Virus record (IMG/VR): IMGVR_UViG_3300031963_000075
Coordinates: 1 to 64,000 of that record
Reading direction: 5' to 3' (one strand)
Length of the DNA: 64,000 bases
From: a virus
Position 1 is the first letter of the stretch. Every line of letters begins with the position of its first letter. A model generated the notes under the pieces. The model was not told the DNA's origin. It worked only from the letters and a program-made list of their open reading frames with translations, and did not search any database. The position numbers and the translations under genes were made by a program. Shown piece by piece: positions 10,138 to 20,319 of the stretch.

Positions 10138-11045
10138 TATTGAGTTATATTTGAAAAGTTTTTACTGAAATCAATATTATCACCTCTATCTTCTCTAACT
10201 TCGAATAGAAGTTCGTTGTATTGGTCTCTGATTTCAAATAGGTTATATTGTTTGTAAATATTGTTTTGAGTATCGTAAAGCGTATAGATACCGTCATTAA
10301 GTGACTTGGTTTGGTTACCAAACAATGCTATTGCCAATGTTGATATATCATGTTCTACTATTTCAATTTCCATTGTTACAGGATTAAAGAATGTATTTGA
10401 AATGATAATATCTTGATCTGGTTGGCCAATAAATGGTGTTGCGTTTGGTTTGTTAGATGGTGATGATGATGGTGAAAGAGTACAAAACATTAAATTAGTT
10501 ACACCATTAACATATTGATATCTAACAATACTTGTTGTTGTGTTCGTTGAGTTTTGTACAACGGGTTCACAATAAAAAGATGATGTTATAATTCTAAAAA
10601 AGTTTGGTATTTTTGCCCCATTTGGTTGAAGGTACTCAACTCTATATCCGATTAAACCTTGATTTACAAACTTGTCTCTGAATGCAACGGGAACATTATT
10701 CAAATCAACAACAATACCCTTTATATTTGGTAGTGAGGCCAAAATACCACAATCCGTAATTGTAGTTCTGATTTCAGCAGGTCTTATATATAATGTGTAT
10801 ATTCCTAACTGATTAAAGACATTTGCCGGTAATCTTAAGTTATACAAACCACCCAATATCTCAATGTCAGCGTTACCACCAGTGTTTGTATTATGAAAAT
10901 AAGGAGTTAAAACCGCAGAAGAGTTTAATTTCGTTAACTGAAAATCATTTGTCACATCTCTAGATTGAGTGTAATTTAATATAATATCTACGTCAGTTGG
11001 GCTAACATCAGCGGGTCTTATCGTTCCATATGTTCCTGTTGCCAT
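10137..11045 (-). CDS. Hypothetical virion/baseplate protein
   Basis: 302 aa ORF coupled to the downstream gene; TATTTATA motif upstream. Confidence 0.55.
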   Translation of the reverse strand: MATGTYGTIRPADVSPTDVDIILNYTQSRDVTNDFQLTKLNSSAVLTPYFHNTNTGGNADIEILGGLYNLRLPANVFNQLGIYTLYIRPAEIRTTITDCGILASLPNIKGIVVDLNNVPVAFRDKFVNQGLIGYRVEYLQPNGAKIPNFFRIITSSFYCEPVVQNSTNTTTSIVRYQYVNGVTNLMFCTLSPSSSPSNKPNATPFIGQPDQDIIISNTFFNPVTMEIEIVEHDISTLAIALFGNQTKSLNDGIYTLYDTQNNIYKQYNLFEIRDQYNELLFEVREDRGDNIDFSKNFSNITQ

Positions 11046-11079
11046 TTTTTTTCTTTTTGTTTTTTATAAATATTTAATT

Positions 11080-12225
11080 TTAAGTTTCTACATTAAAAAA
11101 TCCGTAACCATACTTAACTAAATCTCCAATGTTATCCACTTCACCTAATCTCATAATTGATTCAAGTGCTGAAACTCTTCCTCTTTCGATAAAAATATCA
11201 GACCTTATCTCTGGTTCATACGCAACACCTATCAACGCTTCTTCTTTTGTTATTGCAGAAAAAACTATATCATCTATTGTCAATCCTGACGATTGAACAA
11301 AATACAAAGTAGTTCCTCCACTTAAATCCCAATAGTCGACACCATTGATTGTATATGCCGAATATGAATTATTTGGTACCGCCCCATAATATGTCCCAAC
11401 AACCCCTGTTTCTCCTGTAACTTGAACACCTATAGGATACGGTATCGCCCCATATTGTTCTAAGTCAGCTAAAGCCGAGGTTGTATATCCTGAAACAATG
11501 AATGGTATGTTCACGTAACTTGAGGATATATAATCTATAATATTCGTATTCGAGTCTCCTGTAAATAAAAAATCATAACTTATTGGTATATTATTCCAAT
11601 TTCCTCCTTGTGGGAAAAATGTAACAGTTCCGTTTGGATTTAATGGAACAACGTTAACATATGGTACGGTTATTGTTTTTGAAACCGTTGTTATTCCCCA
11701 AGGCGTAGTTCCTGTTATTGTAACAGTATAGGTACCATTTGTCGCTGGATATGTGTGACTTACCGATGATGGTGAAAAAGTATTAATCGGAACTGATGGT
11801 GATCCGTCACCCCAATTAACTTCATATGTTGATTGTATTACGTTATTTGATGTGTTAAATACATAGAACGTATATGGATTAATTGTATCAGATGAGTATA
11901 TAAAATTGTTAAGAGTTTCTTTCTGATAAACTAGACCATCAAAAACAGAATACCAACCCATATCATAGGTTGTTTGCGTTAACATTATTGGTATTGTTAA
12001 ACCCGTTAACGTTGATGTACCATTAGTTCCTCCTGACAAGAGTTGTGTCATTGAGGAATACACATATGTTGTTCCTGTTTCACAATTTATGTATGTAACA
12101 CCAGAACCAGGACAACAAGGGTCTTCAATTATTATCTCCTCACAGTCACCTGTCCAATTTACAGGAAATATTTTATTCTTAATGTCCTCTAAACCAATTT
12201 GTATATAATATCTTTGTTCTTCCAT
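11080..12225 (-). CDS. PKD domain-containing structural protein
   Basis: 381 aa; VNWGDGS...VSHTY...GTYTVTIT PKD signature. Confidence 0.7.
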   Translation of the reverse strand: MEEQRYYIQIGLEDIKNKIFPVNWTGDCEEIIIEDPCCPGSGVTYINCETGTTYVYSSMTQLLSGGTNGTSTLTGLTIPIMLTQTTYDMGWYSVFDGLVYQKETLNNFIYSSDTINPYTFYVFNTSNNVIQSTYEVNWGDGSPSVPINTFSPSSVSHTYPATNGTYTVTITGTTPWGITTVSKTITVPYVNVVPLNPNGTVTFFPQGGNWNNIPISYDFLFTGDSNTNIIDYISSSYVNIPFIVSGYTTSALADLEQYGAIPYPIGVQVTGETGVVGTYYGAVPNNSYSAYTINGVDYWDLSGGTTLYFVQSSGLTIDDIVFSAITKEEALIGVAYEPEIRSDIFIERGRVSALESIMRLGEVDNIGDLVKYGYGFFNVET

Positions 12226-13007
12226 TATGGGTTAATATATTCATACCAGTTTATTGGGTTGTTTGTTCCAATTCTATTTCCGTTGTTATCTAAAATTGTA
12301 TATGTGAAATCGTTATAATCAAAGTTTACTTCATAGTAAAAATACACAGTAGGGTCGAAATTATAAGGAGTTGGGAGTATTAAATTCTGTGGTGTGTTTG
12401 TCATTACCACATACGAACCTGTTTTCCCGTTGAAGAATTTTGCCTTCATATACAAGGTATCAATATTGATATATTCAGTACTTCTTAACCAATATAAAAA
12501 GTACCCTTCTTTATCACCTAAAAAGTCCAACGTGAATTGTGGTCTTTTAATTGACACTGTTGGTAATGTTGGTGTTAAAACTTGACCTGATTGAGTCGCC
12601 CCTTGTTGTACTGGAATTATTACTGTTAAGTAATTTTTTTGTGTTGCATCGTCTTTAGTATCATACAAATCCAACTTAAAAAAACTTTTTGTGAATGGTT
12701 GTGAAAAATAATATAATTCATTTACAGTAAACCCTTCTGTCAAATAAGAAGGAGTGTAAATATTCAAAGCTTGTTCAAAAAAATTAAAGTTGTACCTAAC
12801 ATCTGTTCTATCACTATCATCATGTTTTTTGTGTGAAAATCTTGATATCTCAAAACTATTAATTGTACCAATGACATCTTCGATTGTTTCTTCAACAAAT
12901 TGGTCGATAGCATCATCATTACCATCAATATCCCATTTTATTTCAATAGGTATATTGACGTAATTGTCATTTGGTTTGTTCAATATTCTATAGTTATTCA
13001 CAATCAT
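12225..13007 (-). CDS. Hypothetical protein (baseplate cluster)
   Basis: 260 aa ORF overlapping both neighbours. Confidence 0.55.
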   Translation of the reverse strand: MIVNNYRILNKPNDNYVNIPIEIKWDIDGNDDAIDQFVEETIEDVIGTINSFEISRFSHKKHDDSDRTDVRYNFNFFEQALNIYTPSYLTEGFTVNELYYFSQPFTKSFFKLDLYDTKDDATQKNYLTVIIPVQQGATQSGQVLTPTLPTVSIKRPQFTLDFLGDKEGYFLYWLRSTEYINIDTLYMKAKFFNGKTGSYVVMTNTPQNLILPTPYNFDPTVYFYYEVNFDYNDFTYTILDNNGNRIGTNNPINWYEYINP

Positions 13008-14745
13008 CTATCGAAGGGTCTTGTATTGTATTAAAGTTATTCATATTATTTCCTAAACTAATATTATTACCGTCACTAAACAATCTGAAAATTATTTGAT
13101 TATATGGGTAATGGGCGCCATTTAAAAACGGGTAATCAACACCATAACCTTCACTATCTATGTATCCATAAGGGTAAATATCTCTCCATCTAAAAGTCTG
13201 ACTTATTATAGAATAATATGAGTAGTCGGGAACTATGTTCAAATTTTGGTAACCTTCCTCATTTATTGATGTAGAAAAGACTTTTATGGTAATTGGGTGA
13301 TGGGGTTTATAATAATATCCCAATTGATTTTGATAGGATAATAAATCAGGTGAAGAAAAGTAGTTAGGATTAAATGTGAATTTATGATACGAATCAGAAA
13401 TAACCCTTTCTATTTGTTCATAACCATTGTATTCACAAAAATCACCATTTAAAACATCACCAATATTTAAAGTGTCAACATAATAAAAATCATTAGTATT
13501 TGTGTTATATGTTGAAATCGGTAAATTAGTATCTGAGTTTGAGTTTGTTGTTGCCCACCATGTACTTGGTGTGGTACCCTCTAATGGTAAATTAAATTCG
13601 TACCCTTCTTTAAGTTGTGAGTTTGGACCTAATGTCCAACCAAAATACCCTCTCCATATTATTGAAACAAACAATTCTGAAACTGGTCTATACCAATTGT
13701 CTCTTAATCCGGCAATATCAATGTCCCTATTAAAAACAAGATTATAAGAATCATTACCTTCTTTGACTGAAATTCTATTTACACCGTTTGGTGTTAAAAC
13801 TGCCTTTTCATATTGAGTTACTTTCCTAAATATGTTTTTTTCAAAACCAGCATTAACTAATACTGTGTCATCTAATAAAGTTAATATTTTGTGTTTTCTT
13901 ACGTAATATCTAGATTCTGTATCCAAAGGATTCGTTTGATTTACAACCCTTTTAAATGTTCCTATTGTTCCAACATCAAATGTTGGTGGTAGATATCCAA
14001 TATTTTGTATGTTGAATATATATTCATTTGTACCAAAATTTTCATTCCCTAACGATGAAACTTGGAACAAATCAGTTCCATTATAATCAAAACTAAGTTT
14101 AACTGATTCTCCTATATTTAACCCGTGTTTCATTGGGCATCTAAAAGAAATAACATTATCCCCATATAACGAATTTGTTTCTATTATAAAAGGAATTCCT
14201 TCTGATGCCATCCATGTCCAATTATTAGTAGTCTGTCCATCATCGGCATACAATTCTCTATCAGTATTTTCATAAGGATATGTTATGTAATATTGCCAAT
14301 TATATGTTGTTGCACTTTTGTTTACAAAATTTACTTGTGAGTTAACACCAGTAGTGTATCCATTAACATTATTATCAGTTCGTATAAAATCAAACTCACT
14401 AAACTGTGGACATCCTTCCCATGGCGAAGAGGGGTTTGATGCCGATGAAACAGCATTTGCAATAGAGTCAGTATAAAATAAGTTGTTTTTATATGGATTA
14501 TAAGTTACATCTCCTTTGTATGCGTTTTCAAAAAGAAAAACTATTTTACTTGTTGGTCTAAAAATTGTTGATTCATTTCTTTCTTTTTGAAACAATTCAG
14601 CTAAATTGATTTGCTCTGTTCTATCAAACTCAACTTGTTGCTTGAAGGTTTGATTTAGTGGTACTCTGATTGCCTCGTCAACGTTACTTGATACCTTGTT
14701 CTTTTTAGAACCTAAAATAATTTTTATGTTTTCATTGTTACCCAT
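12994..14745 (-). CDS. Hypothetical structural protein (baseplate cluster)
   Basis: 583 aa ORF overlapping both neighbours; Tyr/Asn-rich. Confidence 0.55.
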   Translation of the reverse strand: MGNNENIKIILGSKKNKVSSNVDEAIRVPLNQTFKQQVEFDRTEQINLAELFQKERNESTIFRPTSKIVFLFENAYKGDVTYNPYKNNLFYTDSIANAVSSASNPSSPWEGCPQFSEFDFIRTDNNVNGYTTGVNSQVNFVNKSATTYNWQYYITYPYENTDRELYADDGQTTNNWTWMASEGIPFIIETNSLYGDNVISFRCPMKHGLNIGESVKLSFDYNGTDLFQVSSLGNENFGTNEYIFNIQNIGYLPPTFDVGTIGTFKRVVNQTNPLDTESRYYVRKHKILTLLDDTVLVNAGFEKNIFRKVTQYEKAVLTPNGVNRISVKEGNDSYNLVFNRDIDIAGLRDNWYRPVSELFVSIIWRGYFGWTLGPNSQLKEGYEFNLPLEGTTPSTWWATTNSNSDTNLPISTYNTNTNDFYYVDTLNIGDVLNGDFCEYNGYEQIERVISDSYHKFTFNPNYFSSPDLLSYQNQLGYYYKPHHPITIKVFSTSINEEGYQNLNIVPDYSYYSIISQTFRWRDIYPYGYIDSEGYGVDYPFLNGAHYPYNQIIFRLFSDGNNISLGNNMNNFNTIQDPSIDDCE

Positions 14746-17700
14746 TTGTTTGTGAGTTGTTTACATAAAGTTTTATAAACCTGTCAAGTGCGGTAAAACC
14801 ATTATTCAACCCAAAATAAAAGTGGAATGGTGCTCCCATAAGTATTGGGTCTTGACCTGGTGAATTAGGTGCTCCATAAACTACGTTTGTAATTGATGGG
14901 TCAGGAGATGGAGTAAAATTAGTTATATGCCAATCTTGTGTTGTAGTTGTTTTGAAATAATCTGATGTTTGTGGGTCTAAATCTTGATATCTTGATTTAT
15001 AAAAACCGTTGTTTGTTGTTAAAATCTGTGTATACCAATTGTTATTTTCTGTTCCGAAAATATTTTGAGTTGGTGTTGTTATTTGCCATTTATAAAAAGG
15101 CACTTCTTGAGTTGATGGATAACCAAAATTATAACCAACAAAAGGAGTTAAATTATATGTTTGAACTCCAGGTGAATATCTTTTTCTAGTGACTGTTTGT
15201 TCTGAATCTGATTGGTAAAAAACACCGAAAACAGGTCTAGCAGGTGACTGTGTATCTTCACCAACAAAAAGATAGTTATTTGGGTAATTCTCATTTAAAT
15301 ATGGTTTAACTTTAAACTCACTGTTTGCAGAAAAGGCTTGTGCGAAATCACCGTCAATTCTATCACCACCTCTATTACTATTAAAGAACTGTATAACTCC
15401 AATTCCTTCACCTTCATTACTGTTTGTGGCGATAGGTAACATTTGTTGTACTATAGTTTGGTTAATTAACCTTGAAATAATTCCCATTTGAAGTATATCT
15501 GAGTCATCATTATATGATGTTGACTTCATTTGATTAACAAAATAACCCTCAAGGTTTTCATTACCACAAACTTGATTTATAAAACCATCTCGTGGTCCTA
15601 AATCAACTATTGTTGTTGGTGATTGTAATTGTTTGTCATTATATCCAGGATTACTAACAACCAATGATGCTAAATTGTTAGGAGGTGTAGGTGATGGTTT
15701 ACCAATAAATTGATTAATAAATCTATCATAAGGTGACGATCTATAATAAAAACTATTTTGTGTGTCATCAAACACAATTGTATCTCTACAATAATTATAA
15801 GTGGGGTCTGTTACTGAGTTTGATGCGTATGTTGCGGTTTTATTAAACGACGGCATATATAAGAAACCGTTAATCCAATTGTTTTGGAATACTCTAGCAA
15901 ACACTCCTCGACAAGCGGCCAACATCAAAAGATATCTAACTTTCCATTCTAAAAATAATAAAACATCTTCTTTATATTCTGTAATATATTTTTTATTCAA
16001 TAGACAATAACAACCTTTTACTACTCTATCATCAGGTACGTCACAATTAGTACTGACACCAAAGTTAGTCCCTGATCCAGTATAACATTTTAATGATGTT
16101 AATCCTTCACAAGTAAGAGTGGATGTAAGACCTGTAATTAATCCTGATGAGTCAGCATAATTACCTGTCGGTGGTGTACCAGGCGATGATAATGTTGGTG
16201 TACTTCCGGCACTTCCTGGTTTGAAGTAATAGAAATTATTGTTTTGATGTAATCCATAACCCGTTTCAGAACCTACACCATCTTCCGTTCTTGTTGATGT
16301 TGGTAATCTATCACTTCTCATAACAAGTTTTGTTTCGTCAGAAAAGTTTACGGTACTTGCAAGATATCTATAATACGCTCTTGAATATAACGCATTGTAA
16401 CCACTTGGTGGATCCCCATACTCGTCGTTTGTACTAACACTATCTAAATAACAATAATATGTTGGTTGATTTGAAGGACCGTCTTGTGGAGTACCTGTAC
16501 ATCCAACCCCTGAACTTGTTGGTGAACCCGCACCAATGAATGTTCCTCCAACAAAATAATCTTGTACGTATTTAGGTATTACTTGATTGAAAGGGGAGTT
16601 TGTTAGAAGGTTATACGGTGCGGATGATTGGGATGATACAGGAATAAACACTGGTGATGTTGATGGTGTATATGACCCTGAATTATCATCAGTAGATAAA
16701 TAATAATAAGGTAATGTCGAAGTAAATGCCGTAAATTGTCCAGGTGTCAAATCAAAAGTTAATGATGGAAAATATAAATTTGTTGTAGTATTATCCAAAG
16801 TATCATGAGATAATGGTTTAACATTATTAGTTGAGAGAGGTTGAATCGGATAGTTGAAGTAATATTCTCCTGTCACTATTGGACCTGTACCATAAGATGT
16901 CTCACCAAAAATATATGATAAGTCATATTCAATTTCTTGTTTAGGAGTGAAAGGGTCAACACCTCTAGTTAATATAATTACTTCAAGTGAATTTCTGTTT
17001 GAGGCTTCAACATTGTCAATTGCCGGTCCTAAATTTTGAAAAAGTGGGTCAGTATTTGTATATGGAAAACATTGGTTCTCATACACGAATTGAATTTCAT
17101 GAAGTAAATATGTTAATGGATAATAACCTACATTGGTTATGTTAGCTAAGTTATAGAATGAACTATATGTCATACCTGTTATGACTTGGAAGTACTCTAT
17201 ATCTGTTGGGTATTGTAAATAATTGTCTGTATCTCCAGTATTCAATAAGTAGACATTTGCGGTAATTCCGACAGAACCATTAGAGGAAGGGTTGGCATAA
17301 TCAACAGTTCTTGATATTGGTGCAGATACGTTACCAAAAGCAGTAACCCCTGTAATTGCGTTATTATTGAATTGGTTTTCAGTCGCTCCTGTTATATTGA
17401 CAGAACAATTTGATGAATTTGGGTCTTGGAAGGTAACCAATTCTCCTGTCCCCAATTGTAAGGTTGTTCCCGCTTTAGCCAATAATACTATAACTTGGTC
17501 TTCTATTGGGTCACTTGGTGTTGAGGTTAACGACGGGTTCAAAACTGTTTTTATTTTATTGACACCTGTGCCAGGTGCGGAACCTACTGAATCATAAAAA
17601 TATTTATCTCTCGTATTAAATTCATTTAGTTTTTGGGGATAAGTTTCTCTTGTTGGGTAAGCAAACCATCTTTCATCACCACCGCTTGTTAATTCAGCGG

Positions 17701-20245
17701 CGAATAAGAAAGGTTGTGGAGCGTGAAGTTTATATTTTTCTGAAGGTTCTATAACATCATAACCCGAAAACATTCTTTGGAAATCTAATAAAGCCCTTTC
17801 TAAAACATTAGGGGTAATTTCTTCATTAAAAACTCTATTCAAAAGAGATCTATACCTACTAGATCCTCCACAATAAAATTTACCTCCTGCGTTGTCATCT
17901 ATGTCGGTATTGTCATCGATTTGAGCATAATTTGAGTGTTCAGATAGAGAATAAAATTGTGGTTGATTAACTGGTGCTAAAAATGTATTGTCGGTTGATG
18001 TCTGTGCTGGACTTCCAGCATCAGCTTGTTGTTGATTATAACCATCATTAAGTTGTTGTGTTACAGAACCAATATCAAAATCATCGTCAACCTCAACATC
18101 ACCACAATCACATGAACATGAATTACATTCGGGATATGCAAGCATAGGAAGTCCTATCCTCCTAAATCCTTTTAGTCTTACTATGTAAACTATTACAAAC
18201 GCAAAGAATAGTATGTATAACGCAAGTTTGAATAAAGCTTGTAATATTTGCCACGCCGCCCTTAGAACCGCACCTATGTTTATTACAGGACCTCCTGGTA
18301 TTGCCGTTGCGGCACTTTCAATTGCGGAATTAATCGCATCAATAGTTTCTCTTACTTGTATGTAGAGAAAATATATACATAATATAATAAGAACCCACTT
18401 TAAGACAGGCCATGCCCATGCAACAAAGTGTGCAACAAATAACAATATAAGAATTGGGAATGTTAAAATGTTTAATAACAACATCGCCAAGAAATAAATA
18501 AAATCAAATTTCTGAACCGCATCATTTACAGGAAATGGATTGTTTTTTGATATACATTCCCTGTCATCTATTTCTTTAATACCTAAATGTCTTGACCTCA
18601 AAATACCATTTTTGTATCTATCCAAGAACATTGCTGTAGTATATACTTTGTTATAATTAAATTCATAGAATCTATCTTCACAGTCAATTGCTTCTTGAAC
18701 CATTGCAGAATCACCGTAATCATCCCAATCTAAACTAAATGCATATGAACGATACGCATCGTAACTTGCTTGGTCATAAAATGAAAACTCAAAAATTTGA
18801 TTTTGTGATGTGTCTACCGCAGTACAGTTTACAACAATGTTAGCACCAGGTGATGTGATTGGGATAGACGTTAAACTACCTGTATATGGTACACCATTAA
18901 TTGTAATGGAAACGTCTTGACTGTTTGTAAAATTTTGTAATATTAACCCTCCTGTTTGTAGTGGTAAAACTAATGGGGGGGACGAAGAAGTTGATGTACC
19001 AGGAACGTTTACAGTAAAATCGGTTGGGGGGTTTAACGTTGGGTCAGCATTAGGTGTTGTTATTGCCCATCCGTATTCTTTAATATTAGGTACTAAAAAA
19101 TTAGCCCTTAGAATTTCATTCTCAATACCACCGTCATTTTGCCAACTTACCTTAAACCTATATTTTCCTTTTGTTGGTATACCGACATTTGGGTCTATTG
19201 ATAATATTTGGTTACCAAACTCATCTGTTGTCACATAATCTAAATTCATTGGGACTTTAACCAAAAAAGTACCATCTCCATCTATAACTTTACCACCTTG
19301 TTCGAAAAAATACTCTTCTAATATTGGATTTCCATTATCATCAATATTTATAGTTTGTCTTATTGCAGAAATTCTTCCTTGCCCTGCTTTCAAACTACAA
19401 AAGTTACCAGCTTTAAAAGGAACTCTACAATTAGTCTTTAACGCTTCCTCATCTTGTGTGGTTGCAATAGACCCCATGAATACTCCTGTAGGTTTTATTG
19501 TTAAATTAACTTCTGTCGATAAATCAAAGTCTGTTCTTGTAATACCAATAAAACAAATATCAGGGTCACCCCATAATGGTTCTACATTTACTTGTTTATA
19601 TAAAGTTAATATTTGAGGTAACTCGTTTAAGTTACTTGAGGATTTAAATTGAGATCCGTTTACTTGACTTTCTACCGCTAAACCAGCGTCAATCAAATCT
19701 TGTGGTGATAATGAAAAACAACCAATATCAGATAAATCGAGATTCATTACCAAAGTTTGCTGTCCTGTTGGGACACCAAAAATCATAAAGTCACCACTAT
19801 CGTTTGTTGATACAGTGTACTTATAATACTTGTCATAAACTTCTATTATAGATTTTTCAAGTAATACTTCATCTCTATCGAAGAATGTCCCTGTAGGAAC
19901 GTGTCCTACGTATTGTGGAGACTTAGGTAATAAATTATATTTATACCCATCTTCATTTTTATCTGTTGGTGTTTTATATGGGTATAGTTCTGATATTATT
20001 GGGTTATTTGAGTCTTCATTTGTTAATGGAATGAATACAGACAATTTTGCATTTGGTAAACCAAATCCACCGTTAACTGAAATTCTTCCAGCTATGACAC
20101 CATAATCAGAACATCTTCTTTGATATATTTCAGTTTGTGTTAACTTTAGTGAAAGAATCTCAATGAAATCGAAGTCTTGGTCAAATTGAAGATTAACTTG
20201 TTTATCAACTCCTATGTTGGTTCTGATTCTATATGAATGTGGCAT
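14738..20245 (-). CDS. Large baseplate-associated protein with internal hydrophobic (transmembrane-like) segments
   Basis: 1835 aa; N-terminal carboxypeptidase-regulatory-like fold (GVIAGRI...LPNAKLSVF...TNDSGDFMIFGVPTG); long hydrophobic helices near aa 580-690; follows the gp6-like gene. Confidence 0.6.
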   Translation of the reverse strand: MPHSYRIRTNIGVDKQVNLQFDQDFDFIEILSLKLTQTEIYQRRCSDYGVIAGRISVNGGFGLPNAKLSVFIPLTNEDSNNPIISELYPYKTPTDKNEDGYKYNLLPKSPQYVGHVPTGTFFDRDEVLLEKSIIEVYDKYYKYTVSTNDSGDFMIFGVPTGQQTLVMNLDLSDIGCFSLSPQDLIDAGLAVESQVNGSQFKSSSNLNELPQILTLYKQVNVEPLWGDPDICFIGITRTDFDLSTEVNLTIKPTGVFMGSIATTQDEEALKTNCRVPFKAGNFCSLKAGQGRISAIRQTINIDDNGNPILEEYFFEQGGKVIDGDGTFLVKVPMNLDYVTTDEFGNQILSIDPNVGIPTKGKYRFKVSWQNDGGIENEILRANFLVPNIKEYGWAITTPNADPTLNPPTDFTVNVPGTSTSSSPPLVLPLQTGGLILQNFTNSQDVSITINGVPYTGSLTSIPITSPGANIVVNCTAVDTSQNQIFEFSFYDQASYDAYRSYAFSLDWDDYGDSAMVQEAIDCEDRFYEFNYNKVYTTAMFLDRYKNGILRSRHLGIKEIDDRECISKNNPFPVNDAVQKFDFIYFLAMLLLNILTFPILILLFVAHFVAWAWPVLKWVLIILCIYFLYIQVRETIDAINSAIESAATAIPGGPVINIGAVLRAAWQILQALFKLALYILFFAFVIVYIVRLKGFRRIGLPMLAYPECNSCSCDCGDVEVDDDFDIGSVTQQLNDGYNQQQADAGSPAQTSTDNTFLAPVNQPQFYSLSEHSNYAQIDDNTDIDDNAGGKFYCGGSSRYRSLLNRVFNEEITPNVLERALLDFQRMFSGYDVIEPSEKYKLHAPQPFLFAAELTSGGDERWFAYPTRETYPQKLNEFNTRDKYFYDSVGSAPGTGVNKIKTVLNPSLTSTPSDPIEDQVIVLLAKAGTTLQLGTGELVTFQDPNSSNCSVNITGATENQFNNNAITGVTAFGNVSAPISRTVDYANPSSNGSVGITANVYLLNTGDTDNYLQYPTDIEYFQVITGMTYSSFYNLANITNVGYYPLTYLLHEIQFVYENQCFPYTNTDPLFQNLGPAIDNVEASNRNSLEVIILTRGVDPFTPKQEIEYDLSYIFGETSYGTGPIVTGEYYFNYPIQPLSTNNVKPLSHDTLDNTTTNLYFPSLTFDLTPGQFTAFTSTLPYYYLSTDDNSGSYTPSTSPVFIPVSSQSSAPYNLLTNSPFNQVIPKYVQDYFVGGTFIGAGSPTSSGVGCTGTPQDGPSNQPTYYCYLDSVSTNDEYGDPPSGYNALYSRAYYRYLASTVNFSDETKLVMRSDRLPTSTRTEDGVGSETGYGLHQNNNFYYFKPGSAGSTPTLSSPGTPPTGNYADSSGLITGLTSTLTCEGLTSLKCYTGSGTNFGVSTNCDVPDDRVVKGCYCLLNKKYITEYKEDVLLFLEWKVRYLLMLAACRGVFARVFQNNWINGFLYMPSFNKTATYASNSVTDPTYNYCRDTIVFDDTQNSFYYRSSPYDRFINQFIGKPSPTPPNNLASLVVSNPGYNDKQLQSPTTIVDLGPRDGFINQVCGNENLEGYFVNQMKSTSYNDDSDILQMGIISRLINQTIVQQMLPIATNSNEGEGIGVIQFFNSNRGGDRIDGDFAQAFSANSEFKVKPYLNENYPNNYLFVGEDTQSPARPVFGVFYQSDSEQTVTRKRYSPGVQTYNLTPFVGYNFGYPSTQEVPFYKWQITTPTQNIFGTENNNWYTQILTTNNGFYKSRYQDLDPQTSDYFKTTTTQDWHITNFTPSPDPSITNVVYGAPNSPGQDPILMGAPFHFYFGLNNGFTALDRFIKLYVNNSQTNG

Positions 20246-20319
20246 TAAATTATCTTTTTTTGATAAATAGTTTATTTCCTATTTTCAAAAAATAATCACA
20301 ATACTTGAAAAGGAAATTA

